Position numbers and translations under genes: made by a program
Notes under the pieces: model-generated
Told to the model about the DNA's origin: nothing
What the model saw: the letters and a program-made list of their open reading frames with translations, nothing else
The model's database searches: none
Shown: piece after piece, positions 1 to 12,541 of the stretch
Position numbering within the stretch: the first letter of the stretch is position 1
How the letters are laid out: every line of letters begins with the position of its first letter
DNA from: Mobula hypostoma
Lineage: Eukaryota
Direction of reading: 5' to 3'
Length of the DNA stretch: 64,000 nt
Assembly (NCBI RefSeq): GCF_963921235.1
Contig: NC_086108.1
Span: 44,642,001-44,706,000 of the forward strand

Positions 1-1940
1 GCAGTCAACTCCCCTCCCTCATGGTAGTTCAGAGCGTCTACTAAGAGGGTCTCACCCTCAGATACTTCCCCCTGGCCGTACCACAATCGGCTGTCGTTTA
101 AATTCGGTACCGGCCCAAGACTGCTACATGCGTCCTCACAAGCAGCTCGAAACACTGGGTGCACAGACAATGCCCCTATGAACACCAGTTTCACTGACCA
201 ATAATTGTCTTCTGGATAATCACTGGCACTGGTACCCCAAATCTCCAGTGCCCTTAATGTTGTCAAGGGTAAATGCTTCAGAAACCGATTGTAAAACGAA
301 CTGTACAACAACTTGACCTGCGCCCCAGTGTCGAGGATGGCTTTAGCATAGCTTCCATCTATCTGTAATGACACACAGGGGCGTGGTCCCTCTAAGCCTT
401 CAGGAATAGGGTCTGTTCCTTTCGGGAGTTCCTTGGTATGTTGCTGGGAACGTGCTCCCCCAAAGACCCCAAGCCGTTCCCCCACTGGGCCTCCACTAAG
501 TTTCCCAACACCTCTCTGATCAGCTGAAGAACTGAAGGAGGGGCTGATCTCCCTGGCACTACAAGCAATTTAGCTGCCCCCTAGCCAGAGGAGATACACT
601 GAAAGCTTTCCCCCAATCTCCTGACACAGGTATGGAAAGCCCCCCAGACGCTGCATTTTTACTTCCAGTCGAACCGGACGCATTTCCTCCCCCCCCCTTT
701 CAGATAACTGGCAGCCGTCACTACGGAGTAATTGAACCTGACAGCTCTGACACCGTCAACAGCCCGCCTACTCAAACTTTCAACCAATCCCTGTCGCTCT
801 CCCTCAACCGAGCACTGCCACTCATCTAACAACTGAGGGATCCGCTCCGCCCACGTCTCGTATGCCTCCGCCCCTTTAGGGGTGGACACTTATCCCAAAA
901 GCCAGGTGGAGCTTGCCATAGCTGGAACGTTTATTCGCAGACACTACCTCTGAATCAGACCACTCTTTCCTCTCTTTCCTAACAGTATGGACAGCCCATG
1001 GTCCCGCCTCACCCGGGGCACCAATAAACACTGGCAGTCCCACCACCAACTCGTCAGCGCTAGTCTGAATTTGAACAAAGACCCCACCCAACACGCATGC
1101 AGTAATAACCAGCAATCCCAGAGACACACATTACTAACCGCAATCCCACAGAGACACAGCAGTACTGATTTAAACAGGGCAATCACACAGCACACTACTG
1201 AATCCAATCTCAGACAAAGCCCCCAAATGTACCCCCCTGGTAAGCCTCAGGCTCACTCAGCTCACTTCCGTCTAGGGGGAGTCAGCCTTCAGCCCTGCCA
1301 AACTGGGTAATCAAGTTTGTGAGGATGCTGTGTGATGTACCCCACCATGCCAAATAACAGACAGTACACCATATGTGATTATACTTTATAGATCTTACTG
1401 GAACTATGTAATTAATAGAGATAAATTGTAAAAGGAAAGTAAAAGGTGCCAAACTTATCAAAGTTCAACCACTTTGTGCACACAGTTGGAGCTCGATTAA
1501 CGGAGTCCTCATTCCACCAGTCGGTCCCTTCTCACCCCCTCGACCCGTCGCCTGGGACCAACCACGGTGGTCGACCAGAGCGCGTCCAGCACGTCCTGTC
1601 CTTTTCGGTTCTCCTCCCCAAAACCCTGGGCCTCAGACTCCTGCTTGGGGTCCGTCCCGTTGCCCAGCTTACAGCATTGCGTCTCCTCTGTCTGCCCCCA
1701 TCCGCCTTCTGCCCCAAAGCCCGCGAAAACAATCGCTTACAGACACACAAGAAAGAATAACATCTATCCCAATTGGTTCGTTCTCTCTCTTATCAATAAT
1801 ATAACCCAAACAAGCAGAGAAAGAGAGAGAGAACTCCTTACATCGCAGTTATTATTACAGATAAGCCTTTTTAATTATAACATAACAAAGAAGTCATTTT
1901 GTTAGCCTTCGCAGTAACATAAAAGAAGAAACCCCTTACA
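1..1940 (-). mobile_element. Gypsy-type LTR element, 5' part (5' LTR 1228-1940, PBS, degenerate PNMA-like gag, aspartic protease); runs off the window start
   Basis: LTR bounded by TGT(1228)...ACA(1940). The minus strand next reads TTTGGGGGCTTTGTCTGAGATT, a tRNA-Pro-like PBS. ORF 659-889 [25 protein letters not shown]...LVESL resembles PNMA-type capsid. The minus strand at ~300-400 reads [29 protein letters not shown] (retropepsin DTG). Confidence 0.8.
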
Positions 1941-2255
1941 GTGGGGGAGACTAGGACCGGAAGGCACAGCTTCAGAATAGAATGATGTCCATTTAGAATG
2001 GAGATGAAGAGGAATTTCTTTAGCCAGTGAGTGGTGAATCTGTGGAATTCAATGCCAGAGGCAGCTGTGGAGGCCAGGACTTTGAGTGCATTCAAGGTGG
2101 AGGTTGATAGATTCTTGACAAGCCAGGGCGTGAAATGTTATGGGGAGAAGACAGGAGAATAGGACTGAGAGGGGAATGGATCAGCCAGGATCAAATGGTG
2201 GAGAAGACTTGATGGGCCAAATGGCCTAATTCTGCTCCAATATCTTATGGTCTTA
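1941..2255 (+). mobile_element. CR1 LINE 3' end fragment
   Basis: Degenerate ORF2 C-terminus (TRTGRHSFRIE..FRMEMKRNFFSQ.VVNLWNS) followed by the typical GGGCCAAATGGCCT...TATCTTATGGTCTTA tail. Confidence 0.8.
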
Positions 2256-2967
2256 ACTCACTGGAGTTAATGCTATCATCTTTTGTGGGACATATGATTG
2301 TACAGTAAACAGAACTTAAATCTGCTGATCAGTTAAGCTTAATTCATAGAGTCATGGAACACTACAGCACAGAAACAGGCCCTTCAGTCCATCTAGTCTG
2401 TGCTGAATCATTAATCTACCTACTACCATTGACCTGCACCAGAACCATAGCCCTCCGCACACCTCTCTCATCCATGGCCCAATACAAATTTCTCTTAAAT
2501 GTTGAAATTGACCCTGTGCTGTCAGCTCGCTGCACAAGAAGTAGCCCCCGTATTCCCGTTAAACATTTCACCTTTCACCCTTAACCCATGACCTCTGGTT
2601 GAACTCTCATTGAACCTCAATGGAAAAAGCCTGCTTGCATTTACCCTATCTATGCCCCTCATAATTTTGTATACCGCTATCAAATCTCCCCTCTATCTTC
2701 TACGTTCTAGGGAGTGAAGTCCTACCCCGTTCAATCCTTCCCTATAACGTGGGTCTTCCAGTTCCGACAACATCCTTGTACATTTCCTCTGTACTCTTTC
2801 AATATTATTTACATCTTTCCTGCAGGAAGGTGACCAAAACTGCACACAATACTCCAAATTAGGTCTCACCTATGTCTTATACAACTTCAACATAACATCC
2901 CATCTCCTATACTCAGTTCATTGATTTATAAAGACCAATGCATGAAAAGCTTTCTTCGACCCTACCT

Positions 2968-3059
2968 GACGAAGGGTCTCGGCTTGGAACGTCGACTGTA
3001 CCTCTTCCTAGAGATGCTGCCTGGCCTGCTGCGTTCACCAGCGACTTTGATGTGTGTTG
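2968..3059 (+). mobile_element. 92-bp Penelope-derived mini insertion (degenerate hammerhead plus downstream tail)
   Basis: Flanked by a 13-bp direct repeat TTCGACCCTACCT (2955-2967, 3060-3072). The sequence matches the Penelope terminus at 12407-12500. Confidence 0.8.
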
Positions 3060-4041
3060 TTCGACCCTACCTACCTGTGATGCCACTTTCTCTGTTCTAC
3101 TGTACTCCATAATGCCCTACACTTGTCTACATTATATTGTATCTGCTGCTTTTCAACCCATTTTTCCAGCTGGTCCAGATTCAGCTGCAAGCTTTAATTG
3201 CCTTCCTTGCTGTCCACTACACCCCTGATCTTGGTGTTATCTGCAAATCTGCTGATCCAGTTTATCATCTTATCATCCAGATTGTTGATACAAATGACAA
3301 ACAATGGACCCAGCACCGATCCCTGAGGCACACCTCTTGTCACAGGCCTCCAATCAGAGAGGCAACCATCTACTACCACTCTCTGGCTTCTTCCACAAAG
3401 TCAATGTCTGATCCAATTTACTACCTCATCTTGCATGCCAAGCAACTGAACCTTCTTGATCAACCTCCCATGTGGGACCTTGTCAAAGGCCTTGCTAAAG
3501 TCCATGTAAGCATTAACTGCCTTGCCTTCATCAACTTTCCTGGTAACTTCCTTGTAAAACTCTATAAGATTGTTTAGACGTGACTCGCCATGCACAAAGC
3601 TATGTTGATTATCCCTAATCAGTCCCTGTTTATTATATATCCGGTCTGTTAGAGTACCTTCCAATAGCTTTCCCACTATTCATGTCAGGTTGACTGACAT
3701 ATACTGTAATTTCCTGGTTTATTTTTAGAGCCTTTCTTAAACAATGTAACAACATTATCTATCCTCCAATCCTCCAGCACCTCACCCATTCCTAAGCAAG
3801 TTTTAAATATCTCTGCCAGAGCTCCTGCAATTTCTGCACCAGACTCCGACAAAGTTTGACAGGACACTTTGTCAGGTTCTGGGGATATATCTACCCTAAT
3901 TTACCTCAAGACAGCAAACGCCTCCTCCTTTGTAATCTGTGTAGGGCCCATAACCTCACTGCTGCATTGCCTCACATTTACAGACTCTGTCCATCTCCCA
4001 AGTTAATACAGATGCAAAAAATCCATTTAAGATCTCCCCCA

Positions 4042-4530
4042 AGGAAAGGATATTATTTTGGAGTCATCTGACTTGCACATTTTGGCTTTTATGTCTCTCA
4101 GGGCCAGAAGGACGCTCTTGCTTAAATGGAAAGATGCGGCCCCTCCTATTCACCCCCAATGGTTACATGATGTGATGTCATGTTTAAACTTAGAGAAGAT
4201 TCGATGCTCAATCTCTGAACCTAGTCAAGACTTTCAAACATTGTGGGGACCTTTTCTGAATTATTTTCAAAACCTTTGATTTGATGTTAAAGCACAGATG
4301 ATGCCTAATAATTTTTTTCCCTTTTTTCTTTACTAATCAGCTTTGGTCTTGGTAGTGGGTTAGATTTTTTAATATAATAAAATTACTATATTTCAATGTT
4401 ACAAATTAATTAACCTGTATGAATATATTGTGAGGAGTCTTTATATGTGATTTAGTATAATGTATTGATATTTTTTTTCCTGTACTCTGTATTCTTATAT
4501 GTAAATTATAAAAATATTGGAAAAGAAAGA
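4042..4530 (+). mobile_element. 5'-truncated L1-type LINE (ORF2 C-terminus, 3' UTR, A-rich tail)
   Basis: ORF 4058-4279 LRARRTLLLKWKDAAPP...LEKIR...WGPFLNYF is typical of fish-type L1 ORF2 ends. 13-bp TSD AAGATCTCCCCCA (4029-4041, 4531-4543) at a TTT/AA site. Confidence 0.8.
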
Positions 4531-7519
4531 AAGATCTCCCCCATCTCTTTTGGCTCCACATAGAATACCATTCTGATCTTCAAGAGGACAAGTTTTGCCC
4601 CTTGCTATGCTTTTGTTCTTACTATACGCGTGGAAGCCCTTGGGATTCTCCTTCACATTGTCTGCTAGAGCAACCTCATGCCTCCTTTTAGCCCTCCTAG
4701 TTCCCTTTTTAAGTGTTCTCTTGCATTTCTCATACTCTGGTATAATGTTGGTATAATTATGTTTCCACACAGGTAATCACAATGGAATGAACATGGACAA
4801 GGTAAATACCAAGCATAATTGCACAGTAAATTCTACTGATTCAAAATTGTAACCTTTCAGAAATATTTAATGTATCATGATCAATATTACGAAGTCATAG
4901 TCTGGGTAAATAGATTACTAACTTCCACAAATAGAATTATTAGATATAAAACAAACATCTTGTCTTAGTACAAAATGCAGGTTAGACCTCATTTGGAATC
5001 TTAATGAATTTTGGTTTTCTATTTGATCACTATAGAAAATTTGAAACTTATCAAAGAAGGGCCATGGAAATAATAGTTTAATTGTGAATCTGTAATGCCT
5101 AAAACACTAGTTCTACTCCTTTTAGAAATGTGTATAGTTGGATGATTTAAAGGTTTTACAAAATTATTAAAGATTTGGTTGTATTTTTGTTTAGGAATTG
5201 GTTCAATAATCTGAGGATAGTCAGAAATCATAAGTTCCAGTGAAGTCTTGGCCAAAACATTGACTGCCCATTTTTATCATTAGGTGCGACCTGATTTGCT
5301 AAGTTCCTCCATCATTTTCTTTGTATTGATCCAGAGACCTTAAGTTATATTTTTCTCCAGCCCCTCATTTTCTGATGTTTATGTGTTCACATTTGTATCA
5401 ATGAACTGTTGTGTGACTGTCTTTCTGTAATTGTAAATATGGATGTGGACTACAGCAAACCACCACCAATGTGGAATGGGGGGTCAATAGTTAAAAACTA
5501 CCTGCCTCTGTATAAATTAGTCGGAACATATTCTACAGAATGTGTCAGAGACAGCCCGATCAAGATTGCTTCCTTTGAGCTATCTCATCTCAGTGAAGCT
5601 GATTCATTCAGAAGATGTACTAAATCTTGTTTAGAAACGTTTTATCAGATTAAGATGCAGTTAATATTAGAATTATGAACAGAAGAATAAACACATCAGT
5701 GTTTTAATTGTATTCAATATTATCATTATGAAATTACTGTGTCCGACACGTCAAAACAAGCTTAACTCTGTTTGATAATTTTTAAACCCATTTCTTTCTA
5801 CCAAATGCACTGTCTATGGTGTGAAGACAAAAGACTGCAGATGTTATATCATTCGCTCTCTATTTGGGTCCAGCTCACAGCTGTCAGTCTCTATTGCACC
5901 CACACCCTCTCTCAACCATCTATATACCGGCAATCTTTCCTCTTCCACCTTGGTCTCAATGTAGGGTCTACTCAAAACAGTAACTTGCACTTGTTTCCTG
6001 CACAGATGCTGTTTGATCCAGTGAGCTTCATAAACATTGTTATTTGATGCAATATCTATAGTTTATACTTCAACCACTGTTAGCTTATCTGTCCATTTAG
6101 CAGAAGCAAGCCTTGAACATTAAATTCAAGCAGAAGAATTAATAATTCTGCTAATTACACTTTCATTTTTGTAAAGCTGCTTAATTTTGCTGGGGTACAC
6201 TTACAGACACATTGTCCAAATAATTGTTCATACTGTGTGAACCATTGTTTTTCAGTGACCCCTTGTGGAGAATGTAGATATGAATAGGATGGCAACAAAC
6301 ACTAGTTCGCTCGAGGATTCACATCCCCTCTTGTCTGAAGGAAAGAAAGCTGTGACATTTGGATGCATTTAGCAGGCACCTCAAACCTACACTCTCCTTC
6401 CTCCCCCCCCCCCCCACCACCATTATTTCCATAATATCTTTGATTAACAGACATTTATAACTACTGGCTGCCTGAGCATTAACTGCCATTTATAGAAGAA
6501 AGTTCCAAATTTGGAAACGTCAGTTAGAAGTTTCTCATCTTAGCTACTGGGTTTAAATTTTGACACATGTATCCTAGTTATGGGTTCCCTTAACTAGCAT
6601 AATTAGTTTATTTCTATAGTTATCTTGTTGGTTCCCTTTAATGAATTGATAGCAAAAGTGAAATAGTGGATATAAAAGCAAAGTATCCATCTATTTGAAT
6701 CTGTGCCATCAGGAACACAAATCAATTCCTATACGGGTACAATTTTCTAGCAGGAATGACCACATCAATTTTGAACCTTCCTTTCTTTGGATGAGGGCAT
6801 CAGCTGTCAGTCCAGCTACATTCAGATATTAGCTAAAACATCTTATATTGAAGGATATATCAAATTCAGGTCTATATAGTGAAAGGTAATCAATACTTTG
6901 TGGAGCTAGGAAATACATTATGTTGAAAACAGTCTACTCTTCAAGTTACCTTTTTAAATCAATTATTTATGGGATGCAAGATGGAATCTTTATCTTTTTA
7001 CTCCACAACACCGACTTTTGTTGAGTCAATGTCCTGAAGTGTAATAGGTTGGTGCATCAAACACCACATACTTTATCACCAGTTTCTGAATTACCTTACC
7101 AATGCTTGAAATTCAGATTTTATTCATTCAATAAAAAACAAAGGAAGAAGAGGTATTTAATAACCTCCTTAACAAAAGCAGTTCTTAGCTGTATGTAATT
7201 CTGCTTGATGAAGCAACAAATAGAATGTAGTCTATTTTAATTGTTCATAATAACCAAATACAATGTTCCAGTAAAGTGATTTACCATTAGTAATTCAAAT
7301 GATCATAATTTAACAATAGTTTGTTGTTGATCCTCTCTGCGCCTTGTGGACCATCGGGCGGTAACCTTTGCCGTTTCCTTAGCATTTGTCTGTTTTTTTT
7401 AAATGAGGCCGAGTTGCTAACTTAGCTCAACGCTCAACCCAGCACAGATGGATAGCGTGCAAGGAGCTGGCTGGATTTGAACCCGGAACCACTCGCCTTG
7501 ATGTCTGGTGTCGATGCCA

Positions 7520-8146
7520 TCAAAGCCAACAAAGCCATCTATTCCATCATCTAAATCATTTATATACAGCATAGAAAGAAGTGGTCCCAACACCGACCCC
7601 TGAGGAACACCACTAGTCACTGGCAGCCAATCAGAAAAGGATCCTTTTATTTCCTCCTGTTGCCTCCTACCAATCAGCCAGTAACTTTCATGTAGTACCA
7701 TGGGCTCTTGGTAAGCAGCCTTATGTGTGGCACCTTGTCAAAGGTCTCTGGAAGTCCAAATATACAACATCCACTGTATCCCATTTATCTATCCTACTTG
7801 TAAACTCCTCAAAGAATTCCAACAGATTCGTTAGACAGGATTTTCCCTGAAGGAAACCATGCTGACTTTGTACTATCCAGGACATCTTCAAGGAGTGGTG
7901 TCTCAGAAAGGCAGTGTCCATTATTAATGACCTCCAGCACCCAGGGCATGCACTTTTCTCGCTGTTACCATCAAATAGGAGGTACATGAGCCTGAAGGCA
8001 CACACTCAACGATTCAGGAACAGCTCCTTCTCTGCCATCTGATTCCTAAATGGACATTGAACCCTTGGACACTGCTTCACTTTTTAAAATATACAGTATA
8101 TTTCTGTTTTTTGCATGTTTTTTAATCTACTCAATATACGTATACT
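7520..8146. mobile_element. CR1 RT fragment (minus, ~7520-7875) joined to a Rex1-type LINE 3' fragment (plus, ~7876-8146)
   Basis: TSGVPQGSVLGPLL and QHGFLQGKSCLTNLLEFFE motifs. 7876-8146 matches the 3' end of the Rex1 copy at 36540-36820. Confidence 0.75.
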
Positions 8147-9234
8147 GCCTTCCGCCACCCCACTAGGAATAGGGTTCCCCTTGTCCTAACCTACCAGCCC
8201 ACCAGCCTCCAGGTCCAACATATAATTCTCTGTAACTTCCGCCACCTCCCACGGGATCCCACCACCAAGCACATCTTTCCCTCCCTCCACCCTCTCTGCT
8301 TTCCGCAGGGATTGCTTCCTACGCGACTCCCTTGTTCATTTGTCCCTCCCCATCCCTTCCCACCGATCTCCCTTCCGGCAAGCAGAACAAGTGCTACACA
8401 TGCCCTTACACTTCCTCCCTCACCACCATTCAGGGCCCCAGACAGTCCTTCCAGGTGAGGCGACACTTCACCTGTGTCAGCTGGGGTGATATACTGCGTC
8501 CAGTGCTTCCGATGTGGCCTTCTATATATTGGCAAGACCAACACAGGCTGGGAGACTGTTTCGCTGAACACCCGCGCTCTGTCCGTCAGAGAAAGCAGGA
8601 TCTCCCTGTGGCCACACATTTTAATTCCACGTCCCATTCCCATTCTGATATGTCTATCCACGGTCTCCTCTACTGTCAAGATGAAGCCACACTCAGGTTG
8701 GAAGAACAACACCTTATATTCCGTCTGGGTAGCCTCCAACCTGATGGCATGAATATTGACTTCTCTAATTTCCATTAATGCCCCTCCTCCCCTTCACACC
8801 CCATCCCTTATTTATTTAATATATTTTTTACCCCCCCCTTTTTTCTCTCTCTCTTTTTTTCTCCCTCTGTCCCTCTCACTATAACTCCTTGCCTGCTCTC
8901 CACCCTCCAGGCTCCCCTCCCCCCTTCTCTTTCTCCCCAGGCTTCCCGTCCCATGATCCTCTCCCTTCTCCAGTCTGGTATCCCTTCTGCCAATCAACTT
9001 TCCAGCTCTTAGATCCACCCCTCTCCTCCTGTCTTCTATCATTTTGGATCTCCCCCTCCCTCTCCCACTTTCAAATCTCTTACTAGCTCTTCTTTCAGTT
9101 AGACCTGACGAAGGGTCTCGGCCCAAAACGTCGACTGTACCTCTTCCTAGAGATGCTGCCTGGCCTACTGCATTCACCAGCAACTTTGAGTTGTGTTGCT
9201 TGAATTTCCAGCATCCGCAGAACTCCTCGTGTTT
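8147..9234 (+). mobile_element. Penelope-like element 3' fragment (GIY-YIG endonuclease remnant plus terminal repeat with hammerhead motif)
   Basis: GVIYCVQCFRCGLLYIGKT / PVATHFNS...LQPDGMNIDF (frameshifted), then a CT-rich tract and CTGACGAAGGGTCTCGGCCCAAAACGTC at 9105-9132. Confidence 0.9.
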
Positions 9235-10417
9235 TCCTTGTCCCCCATTATTATTTCTCCTGCCTCATTTTCTAGTGGTCTTATATCCACTCTCATTTCT
9301 CTTTTATTTTTAACATACTTGAAAAAACTTTTACTCTCCACTTTGATATTATTTGCCAGCTTGCTTTCATATTTCATCTTTTCCCTTCTAATGATTTTTT
9401 TAGTTGCTCTCTGTAGGTTTTTAAAAACTTCCCAATCCTCTATCTTCCCACTAATTTTTGCTTTGTTGTATGCCCTTTCTTTTGCTTTGACTTCCCTAGT
9501 CAGCCATGGTTGTACTAGTTTACCATTTGAGTATTTCTTCTTTTTTGGAATACATATGTCCTGCACCTTCCTCATTTTTCCCAGAAACACATGCCATTGC
9601 TGCTCTGCTGACATCCCTGCCAGCAGCTCCTTCCAATTTACTTTGGCCAACTCCTCTCTCATACCTCTGTAATTTCCCTTATTCCACTGAAATACTGCTT
9701 CATCAGACCTTATTTTCTTCCTATCAAATTTCAAGTTGAACTCAATCATATTGTGATCATTGGCTCCTAAGAGTTCCTTTACCTTAAGCTCCCTCATTGC
9801 CTCTGGTTCATTACACAACACCCAATCCAGTGCAGCTGATCTCTTAGTAGGCTCAATGACAAACTGCCCTGAAAATTTATCTCTTAGGCATTCAACAAGC
9901 TCACTCTCCAGCCTCATTTCCTAGCAGTCCTGTATCCACTCTCATCTCGCTTTTATTTTTACGCAATTGAAAAAGCTTTTTCTATCCACCTGAACATTGT
10001 TTGCTAGCTTGTTTTTATATTTCATCTTTTCTCTTCTAATGATTCATTTAGTTGCTTTCTCTAGGTTTTTAAAAACTTCCCAATCCTCTATCTTCCCACT
10101 AATTTTTGCTTTGTTGTATGCCCTCTCTTTTGCTTTTACGTTAACTTTGACTTCCTTTGTCAGCCATGGTTGTACTGTTTTCCCATTTGAGTACCTGTAT
10201 TTCTGTGTTTTTGGAATACATCTATCATGCCCCTTCTCCATTTTCCCGAGAAACTCAGGCCATTGCTGCTCTTCCGTCATCCCTGCCAGCATCTCCTTCC
10301 AATTTACTTTGGCCAACTCCTCTCTCTCATACCTCTGTAATTTCCTTTACTCCACTGAAATACTGCTTCGTCAGACCTTACTTTCTCCCTATCAAATTTT
10401 GTTGAACTCAATCATAT

Positions 10418-12129
10418 CATAGCAACACATCAAAGTTGCTGGTGAACGCAGCAGGCCAGGCAGCATCTCTAGGAAGAGGTAGTGTCGACGTTTTGGGCCG
10501 AGACCCTTCGTCAGGACTAACTGAAGGAAGAGCCAGTAAGAGATTTGAATTTGGAGGGGGAGGGGGAGATCTAAAATGACAGGAGAAGACAGGAGGGGGA
10601 GGGATGGAGCCAAGAGCTGGACAGGTGATAGGCAAAAGGGATATGAGAGGATCGTGGGACAGGAGGCCCAGGGAGAAGGAAAAGTTGGGGGGGGGAACCC
10701 AGAGGATGGGCAAGGGATATAGTCAGAGGGACAGAGGGAGAAAAAGGAGAGAGAGAGAGAGAGAGAGAGAAAGAATGTGTGTATATAAATAAATAACGAA
10801 CGGGGTACAAGGGGGAGGTGGGCATTAGCGGAAGTTCGAGAAGTCAATGTTCATGCCATCAGGTTGGAGGCTACCCAGATGGAATATAAGGTGTTGTTCC
10901 TCCAACCTGAGTGTGGCTTCATCTTTACAGTAGAGGAGGCCGTGGATAGACATATCAGAATGGGAATGGGATGTGGAATTAAAATGTGTGGCCACTGGGA
11001 GATCCTGCTTTCTCTGGCAGACAGAGTGTAGGCGTTCAGCAAAATGATCTCCCAGTCTGCGTCGGGTCTCGGCAATATATAGAAGGCCACATCGGGAGCA
11101 CCGTCCATTTCTGACACCTCCCTCCCCTTTCTAGGTCTTTCTGTCTCTATCTTTGGAGACAGCTTATCTACTGATGTCTACTATAAGCCTACTGACTCTC
11201 ACAGCTATCTGGACTATTCCTCTTCTCACCCTGTCTCTTGGAAAAATGCCATCCCCTTCTCGCAATTCCTCCGTCTCCGCCGCATCTGCACTCAGGATGA
11301 GGCTTTTCATTCCAGGACGAGGGAGATGTCCTCCTTTTTTAAGGAAAGGAGCTTCCCTTCCTCCACCATCAACTCTGCTCTCAAATGCATCTCCCCCATT
11401 TCACGCACATCTGCTCTCACTCCATCCTCCTGCCACCCCACTAGGAATAGGCTTCCCCTAGTCCTCACCTACCACCCAACCAGCCTCCGGGTCCAACATA
11501 TTATTCTCCGTAACTTCCGCCACTTCCAATGGGATCCCACCGCTAAGCACATCTTTCCCTCCCCCCCCCCGCTTTCCACAGGGATCGCTCCCTACACGAC
11601 TCCCTTGTCCATTCGTCCCCCCCATCCCTCCCCACCGATCTCCCTCCTGGGCACTTATCCTTATAAGTGGAACAAGCGCTACACATTGTCCTTACACTTC
11701 CTCCCTTACCACCATTCAGGGCCCCAGACAGTCCTTCCAGGTGAGGTGACACTTCACTTGTGAGTTGGCTGGGGTGATATACTGCGTCCGGTGCTCCCGA
11801 TGTGGCCTTCTATATATTGGTGAGACCAGACGCAGACTAGGAGATCGTTTTGCTGAACACCTACGCTCTGTCCACCAGAGAAAGCAGGATCTCCCAGTGG
11901 CCACACATTTTAATTCCACATCCCATTCCCATTCTGATATGTCTATCCACGGTCTCCTCTACTGTCAAGATGAAGCCACACTCAGGTTGGAGGAACAACA
12001 CGTTATATTCCATCTGGGTAGCCTCCAACCTGATGGCATGAACATTGACTTCTCTAACTTCCGCTAATGCCCCACCTCCCCCTTGTACCCCAACCGTTAT
12101 TTATTTATATACACACATTCTCTCTCTCG

Positions 12130-12166
<37 letters not shown>

Positions 12167-12541
12167 CTTTTTCTCCCTTTGTCCCTCTGACTATACCACT
12201 TGCCCATCCTCTGGGTTCCCCCCACCCTTTTACTTCTCCCTGGGCCTCCTGTCCCATGATCCTCTCATATCCCTTATATCCCTTTTGTCAATCAACTGTC
12301 CAGCTCTTGGCTCCATCCCTCCCCCTCCAGTCTTCTCCTATCATTTTGGATCTCCCCCTCCCCCTCCCACTTTCAAATCTCTTACTAGCTCTTCCTTCAG
12401 TTAGTCCTGACGAAGGGTCTCGGCCCGAAATGTCGACTGTACCTCTTCCTAGAGATGCTGCCTGGCCTGCTGCGTTCACCAGCAACTTTGATGTGTGTTG
12501 CTTGAATTTCCAGCATCTGCAGAATTCCTCGTGTTTCCGTG
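10418..12541. mobile_element. Penelope-like element with inverted architecture (minus arm ~10421-11100, plus arm ~11101-12541)
   Basis: Both arms encode the GIY-YIG C-terminus (GVIYCVRCSRCGLLYIGETRRRLGDRFAEH...GMNIDF). The plus arm has the RT thumb (VYYKPTDSHSYLDYSSSHP-like). 10-bp TSD TCAATCATAT (10408-10417, 12542-12551) within CR1. Confidence 0.9.
12402..12439 (+). ncRNA. Putative minimal type I hammerhead ribozyme in Penelope terminal repeat
   Basis: TAGTC-CTGACGA-AGGGTCTCGGCCC-GAAA-TGTC-GACTG: CUGANGA and GAAA cores, stem II GGG/CCC, stem I UAGUC/GACUG, loopless stem III, GUC triplet. Minimal hammerheads are known in Penelope elements. Confidence 0.75.

Larger units (their letters stand above)
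2570..4770 (-). mobile_element. Degenerate CR1 LINE ORF2 (RT) fragments, interrupted by two younger insertions
   Basis: ORFs with GVPQGSVLGP, YMDFSKAFDKVPHGRL, FKKGSKNKPGNY and NVKENPKGF. Confidence 0.85.

Noticed and set aside
5300..7320. Repeat-poor stretch as possible exons or 3' UTR of a neighbouring gene (CDCP2 is adjacent in human)
   Set aside because: No CUB-like or other recognisable coding sequence and no convincing splice pattern.
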